Below, in pieces: positions 17,170-24,564 of a stretch of DNA of 28,013 nt (positions within the stretch are counted from its first letter, which is position 1; the number at the start of each line of letters is the position of its first letter). Origin of the DNA: a virus (lineage: Duplodnaviria > Caudoviricetes); IMG/VR virus record IMGVR_UViG_3300013738_000005, positions 1 through 28,013 of that record, one strand, 5' to 3'. The translations under genes and the position numbers were made by a program. The notes beneath the pieces were generated by a model. The model ran no database searches and was not told where the DNA came from. It worked only from the letters and a program-made list of their open reading frames with translations.

Positions 17170-17390
17170 GTGTTGGACGGGCAGGTTGAGGAAAGTCTGC
17201 CGCATGCGGCGGGCATCGGGCGCTCCAAGCGTGACAGGGAGACGTGCGGATGCGTTTATGGCACTTTATAAAGCCGCAATGCGCATACGGTGGCATCAGT
17301 GTCTACCCCGGCAGGGCAAACTGCACTATGGGCGCGCCTTGCTCTCCATCTTTTTGCTCGCCACCTCTTTGACAGGATGGTGCCGGTTAG

Positions 17391-17474
17391 GAGATCGTCA
17401 TCCTGAAACCCATACGCGCGCTTCCAGTACGCGCTGATCGGGCATCCCCTTGCCGCCAGCGCTTCCTCAAGGGC
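17391..17474 (-). pseudogene. Fused relics resembling small terminase (gp27/DUF3486) and portal (gp29/DUF935)
   Basis: One frame reads ALEEALAARGCPIS|AYWKRAYGFQDDDL; the halves resemble recalled motifs of B3-type TerS and portal, in the expected order. Confidence 0.5.
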
Positions 17475-17808
17475 ATGCTCCGTTCATCTGCACGACTTCC
17501 AGCTTGCTGTAGAGCGCGTCGAGCTTCGCCTCGATCACGCTTTGCCCGCGCACGTAGTCTTCGCGGCGCACGTAATGCACTGGCAGTTCGGCTTTGAAGT
17601 TCATGAACTCGCGCTCCAGGCGCGCAACCGCTTCGGCATCCTTGCCGATCTGCTCGAGCAGCGCCGCAATCTGTTTTTCCTGCCGCTGATCGCGCTCCGA
17701 CTGGCGCCGCTCTATCTGGGCCAGCAGCATCTTGCCCACACCGGCCGTGAAGCCCGCGAACGTGATGAACAGCGACACCAGGTGCCAGAACTCCACTGCA
17801 ATACTCAT
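17467..17808 (-). CDS. Conserved Mu-like phage protein normally between the lysis and terminase genes (N-terminal TM, coiled coil)
   Basis: VEFWHLVSLF...LPVHYVRREDYVRGQSVIEAKLDAL. Confidence 0.8.
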   Translation of the reverse strand: MSIAVEFWHLVSLFITFAGFTAGVGKMLLAQIERRQSERDQRQEKQIAALLEQIGKDAEAVARLEREFMNFKAELPVHYVRREDYVRGQSVIEAKLDALYSKLEVVQMNGACP

Positions 17809-18084
17809 CTACATCTCCTGTTTGCCCGGCAAGCGGTGGATGACCCAGTCCACCAGGTCAACGAGCCGCCCCGCGCAGATCCCGTACTGGTCATACGTAT
17901 CCTTGAGCGCAAGCGCGACATCGTCCGCGCTAGGGCTCGCCGGGGCCGGTGGTGGCGGGCACGGCGCCTCGTACGCCGCCGGCAGCACCGGCTGCAGCCC
18001 GTTCACGGGCGGCCTCGATGAGCCGCATGACGCCATCATCAAAGCTGCAATCAGCACGGCTGCTGGCTGTCTGGCCAAGCGCAT
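17809..18084 (-). CDS. o-spanin (Rz1-like lipoprotein)
   Basis: Signal peptide with lipobox MASC, Pro-rich, YDQYGICAG; overlaps the i-spanin in another frame. Confidence 0.82.
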   Translation of the reverse strand: MRLARQPAAVLIAALMMASCGSSRPPVNGLQPVLPAAYEAPCPPPPAPASPSADDVALALKDTYDQYGICAGRLVDLVDWVIHRLPGKQEM

Positions 18085-18337
18085 TGCGTAACTCCCTGGT
18101 CGATTTCTGGTCCTGTGCGGCACGCGCGGTGAGCGCCTCACGCATGTCCTGGCTGGCCGACTGGGCGTCGACGATCAATTGCCGATTCGCATCAAGCAGC
18201 GCACCCATCTCGCCAATCGTCTTGTCGGCTGCGCGGGCGTGCTGGGCCGTGGCCTCGACGTGCCGCCCGAAGGTAAAGCCGCCACCCGCGGCGGCCACTG
18301 CGCCCAGCACACCGATCAACGCGAGGCGGGCCGTCAT
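17930..18337 (-). CDS. i-spanin (Rz-like)
   Basis: Start MTARLALIG coupled to the endolysin stop; N-terminal TM, helical periplasmic part, single C-terminal Cys. Confidence 0.8.
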   Translation of the reverse strand: MTARLALIGVLGAVAAAGGGFTFGRHVEATAQHARAADKTIGEMGALLDANRQLIVDAQSASQDMREALTARAAQDQKSTRELRNALGQTASSRADCSFDDGVMRLIEAARERAAAGAAGGVRGAVPATTGPGEP

Positions 18338-18942
18338 GTGCAGCTCCCTTGCCCCCAGCCGGCCCGCATGTAGGCCGGCTCCAGCGTGCGCAGGATGCGA
18401 TGGGAGTAACCACGGTTCTGGCGCCAGTTCGCCGCCGAGCGACCAGCATTGACGGTTTCGACGGCGTTCCACCAGCGCAGAGCATCCAGGCCGTCCCGCC
18501 TTGCCACGGCTTCATCGCGGTAGACCCAGCCCAGGCCGCCGTTGTAGGCCGACAGCGTCTTGGCCATACGGTCGCAGCGCGTTGCAGCCTTGACGCGCTT
18601 CCACAGGTGCAGGTCATAAGTGACCAGCGCCCGCAGCGCCCAACCCGGATTGAATGGCTGCCTGGCGGACAGTGCCGGATAGGCTTGCGCGATCCAGTCC
18701 GCTGTTGCTGGCATGAACTGCGCCATGCCCTGGGCGCCCGCATACGACACCACGCCGGGCCGCCAGCTGCTTTCCTGGTGAATCTGGGCGGCGAAGGTGG
18801 CAATCGGTGCATCCATGCCCCACATGGCGCGCGCAGTGCGTGTGAGATCGGCGCGGTAAGGGGTGGCGGATGCGGGGACTTGTGCGATCGATATATGGCA
18901 CGTCAGCGCCAGCGCAGCACCGGCAAATTGCAGCGCGCGCAT
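18334..18942 (-). CDS. Endolysin, SLT lytic transglycosylase with N-terminal signal/SAR segment
   Basis: AAQIHQESSW (catalytic Glu), GAQGMAQFMPATA, LSAYNGG. Confidence 0.93.
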   Translation of the reverse strand: MRALQFAGAALALTCHISIAQVPASATPYRADLTRTARAMWGMDAPIATFAAQIHQESSWRPGVVSYAGAQGMAQFMPATADWIAQAYPALSARQPFNPGWALRALVTYDLHLWKRVKAATRCDRMAKTLSAYNGGLGWVYRDEAVARRDGLDALRWWNAVETVNAGRSAANWRQNRGYSHRILRTLEPAYMRAGWGQGSCT

Positions 18943-18943
18943 G

Positions 18944-19285
18944 TCAGAGCCCCAGCGCCACGCCGATCACGATGCCCGTGACGATCATCGCGCGGCGCAG
19001 CATGGCCGCCGCGAAGACGTGGCAATATCCGTCGACGACCGGATGGTCGGCCTTGTCATAAGGTTCATCCGTACCGTCGCGCCAGTCTTGCCGCAGGTAC
19101 GAATCCGGCCGCGCGTAGGGGAACAGGGCGCGATCAAGCCAGTAGCCGACAACGGCCGCCAGGCTGATGAGGCTGAGCTTGTAAAGCACCACCGGCAGCT
19201 GCTGCGGCGAGACGAGTGCAATGACGGCGATCAGGATGGCGGCGGCAAGCAGCCAGCCGATCATGCGCGGGAAAAGCTTGGACAT
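18944..19285 (-). CDS. Putative holin (2/3-TM family)
   Basis: SPQQLPVVLYKLSLISLAAVVGYWLDRALFPYARPDSYL...AAMLRRA; directly before the endolysin. Confidence 0.88.
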   Translation of the reverse strand: MSKLFPRMIGWLLAAAILIAVIALVSPQQLPVVLYKLSLISLAAVVGYWLDRALFPYARPDSYLRQDWRDGTDEPYDKADHPVVDGYCHVFAAAMLRRAMIVTGIVIGVALGL

Positions 19286-19313
19286 TTGACCCTCCAGACG
19301 TGAACATGCCGCC

Positions 19314-19355
19314 ATCATCGGCGGCATGGGAGGGAGGGTCTTTTAATTGGGTTTA
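19314..19355 (-). promoter_or_regulatory. Putative activator-dependent late promoter (lysis operon)
   Basis: TAAACCCAATTAAAAG-N20-GATGAT. Confidence 0.7.
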
Positions 19356-19383
19356 GAGGAGCTGCACGCTTGAGTGCGACAGT

Positions 19384-20160
19384 TCATCCTTTGCAATGCG
19401 CCGGCTTTGGCTGTGGTACGGCATAGCCCTTTTCGGGATCGATGGCGTAGACAGTCAGACAATCAGACCCGCCATATTTCTCTTTCAGTCTGGCTTCGCC
19501 GGCTGCGACCGCTGCCTTGATTTGCGCATCGGTAGTGGCTATCTCTTTCTCGCATTGCTGTTTGGCCTTGGGGAACTCAGTCCGATAGCTCCGCTGTTCC
19601 TTCATACGTTGCGTGGTGGCTGGCTGCAGGATATTTCGTGACAAGAGCAGGAGCTTCATGGCTGCGTTATGGCAGGACCAGAAATGCGTACGCTGATCAT
19701 CGTTGTACGTCCCGAACTCAATCCGCCAGCGCTCGACTTCTTCATCCAGCGGCGTTGACACGTGCTTGATAATGCCAGCCCCATCCTCGATGGCAATGCC
19801 GTTAGCTAGAGATTGCTCGGCATCATTGATGAGCTGCAACGTTCGCTTTGCCAGCGCACGTGCATCCTCCAGGTTCATCGGCTCCGCTGCAGGCTGCGTG
19901 ATGCCCTGCGCTGGCGCCTCCTGTTTGGGTGCGGGCTTATCGGGCAGCGGCGGCACAGGCGGCGTTGCATCGGGAGCCACCCAAGCCGAGAGCGCAAAGG
20001 CAACGATTGCGAGTGCCGCGCCGCCCGCCAGTAAAGGCGTTCTTTTGGGAACCTCGCCCGTCTCTTTATCTTTCAACAGGCGCGGTGAAATCAGGCCTGC
20101 AACGGTCACCAGGACGACCAACAACCCAATCAGTCCAATCAGCCCAGACAAGAACGACAT
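19384..20160 (-). CDS. Hypothetical membrane-anchored protein (accessory gene downstream of the repressor)
   Basis: Two N-terminal TM segments, Pro-rich linker, helical domain with four Cys; more AT-rich than the tail genes. Confidence 0.8.
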   Translation of the reverse strand: MSFLSGLIGLIGLLVVLVTVAGLISPRLLKDKETGEVPKRTPLLAGGAALAIVAFALSAWVAPDATPPVPPLPDKPAPKQEAPAQGITQPAAEPMNLEDARALAKRTLQLINDAEQSLANGIAIEDGAGIIKHVSTPLDEEVERWRIEFGTYNDDQRTHFWSCHNAAMKLLLLSRNILQPATTQRMKEQRSYRTEFPKAKQQCEKEIATTDAQIKAAVAAGEARLKEKYGGSDCLTVYAIDPEKGYAVPQPKPAHCKG

Positions 20161-20276
20161 GCCCTTTCTCCACGCTATTTATTCGAGGGGGGCATTTTGC
20201 ATTTCAAGTGTGGAGTCAGCGTTGATGCCGCACAAGTCGAGCAAAGTCGAGAAAAACCGGCCCTATCGGCATTGCT

Positions 20277-20489
20277 TCACGTATTAACAGGAGGCTCGCC
20301 CTCGTGCCACGCGGGAGCGGCGTCGCCATTATTCCGAACGCACTTGAAGCGCACCTTGTCGGCGGGGCGAATCTCGCTGCCGACCGAGTATGTGGCGCCG
20401 GCATAGGTACACGTTCGCCGGCGGTCCGGCCAAGTCAGATATTCGATAGCGGCTATCAGCAGCGCAAGCCCTGCAAGCGCTACCGCCAC
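20277..20489 (-). CDS. Small exported/membrane protein, DUF1496-like Cys domain
   Basis: Hydrophobic N-terminus then CTYAGATYSVGSEI...FKCV; GTG start uncertain. Confidence 0.55.
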   Translation of the reverse strand: MAVALAGLALLIAAIEYLTWPDRRRTCTYAGATYSVGSEIRPADKVRFKCVRNNGDAAPAWHEGEPPVNT

Positions 20490-20511
20490 TGAATGTCCGT
20501 AACCGTAACGG

Positions 20512-20976
20512 TTACTGCTTTTTTTTAACGGGCTGCTTCGGCGTGGCTGCTTTCACCTTGAAGGTGTGGCTGCCGCCGGTGACATGCTGCGCGCCGACGG
20601 GGCCGTGAATGACCGGCGAAGAGGGGACGGTCGCCGTGGCTTTCGCTGTGGATTTCGTTGTGGATTTCGCCGGTGCGGCGCCGCCCAGCATGAAGGCCAG
20701 CATCCGTTTGCGCGTTTCAGCGTCCAGTCCTCGATACCCCTCAAGAAGTACGGTTTCTTCCGGCGTCAGCGATGCGGCGGAGCGAATTCCCGTAATGACG
20801 TATTGAACGTCAACGCCGAATCTGGCCACCGCCGCCAGATAGTCCATATCCGGTGCACGGCTACCGCTTTCGTAGTTGATCTGCGTGGTTTTTCCTACTC
20901 CTGCGATAGAAGCAAACCGCGTCTGGCTCATGCCCAAACGCGTGCGCTCTTCCTTCAGTCGCACAGAAGGGTTCAT
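20512..20976 (-). CDS. XRE-family HTH prophage repressor (no S24 peptidase domain)
   Basis: RLKEERTRLGMSQTRFASIAGVGKTTQINYESGSRAPD...GVDVQYVITG; divergent from ner. Confidence 0.92.
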   Translation of the reverse strand: MNPSVRLKEERTRLGMSQTRFASIAGVGKTTQINYESGSRAPDMDYLAAVARFGVDVQYVITGIRSAASLTPEETVLLEGYRGLDAETRKRMLAFMLGGAAPAKSTTKSTAKATATVPSSPVIHGPVGAQHVTGGSHTFKVKAATPKQPVKKKQ

Positions 20977-21024
20977 ATTTGTGAACTATTTGTTGTTGAC
21001 AGGTTCACAAACGTGAACCACAAT
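20971..21024 (+). promoter_or_regulatory. Early promoter with two palindromic operators
   Basis: TTGACA(20996)-17 bp-CACAAT(21019); GTTCAT-N4-GTGAAC (20971-20986, over the repressor ATG) and GTTCAC-N4-GTGAAC (21003-21018, in the spacer). Confidence 0.8.
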
Positions 21025-21104
21025 TTCACTCACAAACAGCAGCGAATTCACCCGCAAAGAGACTTCGCAACTGCTCTCCCGAAAACTTCACACGGAGGTC
21101 AACC

Positions 21105-21296
21105 GTGACCATCACGCGCTTCAAAGCCCTGCTCAGAAGCCAGGGTAAAACGATCCGCCAATGGGCTGAAGAGAACGACTTTCCGGTTGGCGCCGTCTAC
21201 CGCGCGCTTAACGGGGTGGACAAGGGCCACCACGGTCGAGCCCACGAAATTCTTGCCAAGGCCGGCATCAAGCAGCCTTTGCAGCTTGCCGCCTGA
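21105..21296 (+). CDS. Ner/Cro-like DNA-binding protein (BcepMu gp16 type)
   Basis: GKTIRQWAEENDF...VYRALNG...GRAHEI; RBS GGAGG; first early gene. Confidence 0.85.
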   Translation: MTITRFKALLRSQGKTIRQWAEENDFPVGAVYRALNGVDKGHHGRAHEILAKAGIKQPLQLAA

Positions 21297-21320
21297 GGCT
21301 CGCCATGAATATGCCGAGTT

Positions 21321-21392
21321 CCGTCCGTGCCGTCTTTGCCGTTTGCGGCATCCATGACGTCTGTACCGTCCGCGCCGTCCGTGCCGTCTTTT
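21321..21392. repeat. Eight degenerate 9-bp tandem repeats (consensus CCGTCYGTG)
   Basis: ccgtccgtg ccgtctttg ccgtttgcg gcatccatg acgtctgta ccgtccgcg ccgtccgtg ccgtctttt. Confidence 0.85.
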
Positions 21393-21483
21393 CCCTTGAT
21401 CCGGTGCGAATTATCCACTGGCAGACACACAGCTTGCAATTGTCTTGCATCAGTCACAAAGCGGATAGCCGGGAGACTGAACA

Positions 21484-21798
21484 ATGAATGGCCCGGAATC
21501 ACCGAAAACCGCTCAATCCGCCGGCAAGGTGCTGGACGTGCTGACCGTGCTGCTGGGGCACTTCGCCCACGGCCTCACGCCTACCGAGTTGGCGAAGGCC
21601 ACGAGCCTGGAGCCGAGTTCCATTACCCGTTACGTGGCCACGCTGGAAGACAAGGGTTTTGCCGAGCGCATCCCCGAGACCGGGCGCATTCGTCCGTCCA
21701 TCCGGCTTGCCCAGCACGCGGTCGGCATCATGCGCAGCCTTGACGCGGCCCGCCAGCGTATTGACGCGGTCAGCGCCCGTTTGACGACTCAGCTTTAA
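21484..21798 (+). CDS. IclR-type winged-HTH protein
   Basis: KVLDVLTVLLGHFAHGLTPTELAKATSLEPSSITRYVATLEDKGFAER. Confidence 0.85.
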   Translation: MNGPESPKTAQSAGKVLDVLTVLLGHFAHGLTPTELAKATSLEPSSITRYVATLEDKGFAERIPETGRIRPSIRLAQHAVGIMRSLDAARQRIDAVSARLTTQL

Positions 21799-21807
21799 GG
21801 AGCAGAC

Positions 21808-22755
21808 ATGGCACGGAAGCCTTCATCCCCCAACAACACCGCCGTGATCGTGACGGATGCCGATACACCTGGCCTGCCGGCCATGCGCGATGCGGCCAAT
21901 CAGCTTGCCGTCATGCACGTCGAACAGGACGCCACCGTGCGCGCGGTAGCTGCCCAGCTTGGCTATCAACTGCCGGCCGACTGCACGGACCCGGACCTGA
22001 TCCAGCGCGATATCGCCGCCAATATGCGCCGCAGCGTGGAGGCGTGTCTGGAGGTCGGGCGCGGGCTGCGGGTTTTGAAGGAGGCGTGTGAGCACGGGCG
22101 CTTCATGGTTCGGCTAGACGTGCTTGGCATCGAGGCCAGTGTTGCCCGTCGCTTCATGGAATCGGCAACCAAGTTCGCGAAACGTGCGACGTCGCACGTT
22201 TTGAACGCAGCGGGTAACCAGTCGAAGCTGTTCGAAATGCTGATCCTGGACGACGAACAGATCGAGGAACTGGAGCTGACCGGCCAGACTGGCGAACTGA
22301 AGCTGGATGACATAGCCACGATGAGCGTCAAGGAACTGCGCGCGGCGCTTCGTGAATCGCGGAACGTTGCCGAGGCGCGTTCGCGTCTGCTGGAGGACAA
22401 GGACACCAAGATCAACGAGCTTGACGAGGCGCTGTCCAAGGCCAGGAAGCGTGTGAAGGCGGTGCCGCCCGCTGAAGTAGGCGATGAGATTCGCAAGGAA
22501 GCCGCGGCGCTGGCCGCCCAGGCCGAGGTTGTCATTCGCGCGACGGGCGCGGGCTTGGCGGCCTTGAACGAGCACACCGAGGCGCACGGTATTGACCACG
22601 GCGCCTTTGCCGCCGGCCTGATCTGTCAGCTTGAGCGGACCATTCGCCAACTGCGCGACGAGTTCGACATCCAGGCCATGCCGGATGCCGACGACACGCC
22701 GGACTGGATTCGCAACGATCCACCGGCCATCGACACCACCGCCGCCGAGGTGTAA
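21808..22755 (+). CDS. DUF3102-like conserved Mu-like phage early protein
   Basis: LEVGRGLRVLKEACEHGRF...ARRFM...LDDIATMSVKELRAALRE; precedes the transposase. Confidence 0.78.
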   Translation: MARKPSSPNNTAVIVTDADTPGLPAMRDAANQLAVMHVEQDATVRAVAAQLGYQLPADCTDPDLIQRDIAANMRRSVEACLEVGRGLRVLKEACEHGRFMVRLDVLGIEASVARRFMESATKFAKRATSHVLNAAGNQSKLFEMLILDDEQIEELELTGQTGELKLDDIATMSVKELRAALRESRNVAEARSRLLEDKDTKINELDEALSKARKRVKAVPPAEVGDEIRKEAAALAAQAEVVIRATGAGLAALNEHTEAHGIDHGAFAAGLICQLERTIRQLRDEFDIQAMPDADDTPDWIRNDPPAIDTTAAEV

Positions 22756-22758
22756 TCC

Positions 22759-24564
22759 ATGAGCGCCGTCCTGACAGAAATGCTGGTTGCGGTGGCACAG
22801 GCTGCCCGGAAAGCCGGGCACGGCGGCAAGGGAGCCATCTACGCATCCGCGTGCCGAGAGCTTGGGCTTTCCTACGCCACGCTGATGCGCAAAATCAAGG
22901 CAGTGAGTGTGACGGACCATCGCAAGCGCCGCACCGATGCAGGCAGCACCGCGCTTTCTCGTGACGATGCGAGGATGATTTCAGCGGTCCTCATGGAGTC
23001 CACGCGCAAGAACGGCAAGCGTCTTTACTCTGTCTCCGATGCTGTCACGGCGCTGCGGGCTGACGGCTTGATCCGCGCCGAGTATCTGGACTTGGACACG
23101 GGCGAACTGCGGCCGCTATCGGACAGCACGATTCATCGCGCGCTGCGCGTGCACGGCCTGCACCCGGACCAGTTGGCGGCGCCAGCGCCGGTCACGGAAC
23201 TGGCCAGTCTGCACCCCAATCATGTCTGGCAGATCGACGCCAGCCTGTGCGTGCTCTATTACCTGAAGCCTTCAGCCGATGCGCGGGCCAACGGGTTGCG
23301 CGTGATGGACCAGGACACGTTCTACAAGAACAAGCCCAGGAACCTTGCGCGCATTGCAGCGGACCGGGTGTGGAGCTACGAGATCACCGACCACACCAGC
23401 GGCTGGATCTACGTCGAGTATGTGATGGGCGCGGAGTCCGGCGAGAACCTGTGTTCGGTGCTGATCAACGCGATGCAGGAGCGCGGCGATGCGGACCTGC
23501 TGCACGGCGTGCCGCGCATCCTGATGCTCGATGCCGGATCGGCCAACACCGCAGCGATGACCCGCAACCTGTGCCATTCGCTCGGCATCGCGCTGATGCC
23601 GCACGCTGTGGGCAATGCCCGTGCGACTGGCCAGGTGGAGAACGCCCGCAACATCATCGAGCGCAAGTTCGAATCGGCCCTCAGGTTTCAGCCGGTGAAC
23701 AGCCTGGAGGAACTGAACGCGCAAGCCCGCAAGTGGCGCATGCACTTCTGCGCATCGGCCGATCATCGCCGCCACGGCATGACGCGCAGCGCGGCCTGGA
23801 TGGCGATTCGTGCCGATCAGCTGATCAAGGCTCCGCCTGTCGACGTATGCCGGGAGCTGGCTGTAGCGGCCCCGGAAAGCCGCCGGGTGGCACCGAAGCT
23901 GCGTGTTTCCTTCCGCGGCTGCGAGTACGACGTGTCGACCGTGCCAGGTGTCATGGTCGGCGAGAAGGTCATGGTCACCCGCAACCCGTGGCGCGACGAT
24001 GCCGCCCAGGTGGTGCTCGTGGACGAACACGGCTACGAGGTTTTCCACGTGGTCCACGCGGTGCGGAAGAACGAATTCGGTTTCAGTGCCGAAGCGGCAA
24101 CCATCGGCGAAAGCTACAAGCGTCATGCCAACACGGCGGCGCAGACCGCGCTGAAGGAAATCGAACAGCTGGTGACGGGGACCGATTCCGTGTCGGCGGC
24201 CGTTGCGGCCCGCAAGGCAAAGGCGCTGCCATTCGGCGGCCGGTTCGATCCATTCAAGCACATCGACGACGCCACGTTGCCGACGTACCTGCCGCGACGC
24301 GGCACTGCCCACTCGCTTGTTGCGCCGACGGTTGAACTGCCGCCGCTGTCGCACGTCGAGGCATCGAAGCAACTCAAGGCGCGGGTGGAGGCCGGCGGCG
24401 GTACATGGTCGGCCGAGCGGTTTCGCTGGTTGCAACAGCGCTACCCCGCTGGCGTCCCCCAGGAGCAGCTCGACGCGATCGCCGCCGAGCTTGTCGGCCC
24501 ACGTTCGAACTCGGGTCATCAAACGCCGCTGCAGGTCGTGCGTGCGGCGGCAGGAGGTCAATGA
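22759..24564 (+). CDS. DDE transposase (MuA equivalent), intact
   Basis: RKRRTDAG; catalytic triad WQIDAS / LMLDAGSAN / GQVEN; 601 aa uninterrupted. Confidence 0.93.
   Translation: MSAVLTEMLVAVAQAARKAGHGGKGAIYASACRELGLSYATLMRKIKAVSVTDHRKRRTDAGSTALSRDDARMISAVLMESTRKNGKRLYSVSDAVTALRADGLIRAEYLDLDTGELRPLSDSTIHRALRVHGLHPDQLAAPAPVTELASLHPNHVWQIDASLCVLYYLKPSADARANGLRVMDQDTFYKNKPRNLARIAADRVWSYEITDHTSGWIYVEYVMGAESGENLCSVLINAMQERGDADLLHGVPRILMLDAGSANTAAMTRNLCHSLGIALMPHAVGNARATGQVENARNIIERKFESALRFQPVNSLEELNAQARKWRMHFCASADHRRHGMTRSAAWMAIRADQLIKAPPVDVCRELAVAAPESRRVAPKLRVSFRGCEYDVSTVPGVMVGEKVMVTRNPWRDDAAQVVLVDEHGYEVFHVVHAVRKNEFGFSAEAATIGESYKRHANTAAQTALKEIEQLVTGTDSVSAAVAARKAKALPFGGRFDPFKHIDDATLPTYLPRRGTAHSLVAPTVELPPLSHVEASKQLKARVEAGGGTWSAERFRWLQQRYPAGVPQEQLDAIAAELVGPRSNSGHQTPLQVVRAAAGGQ

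Noticed and set aside
17096-17437. ORFs 17096-17296 (-) and 17186-17437 (+) as novel genes replacing the head module
   Set aside because: No RBS or recognisable features; they run across the promoter and relic fragments.
21321-21392. CRISPR array, or a collagen-like ORF on the minus strand (21197-21502, KDGTDGADG)
   Set aside because: The units are 9 bp with no spacers and there are no cas genes. The Gly periodicity follows from the 9-bp repeat, and the ORF overlaps ner antisense.
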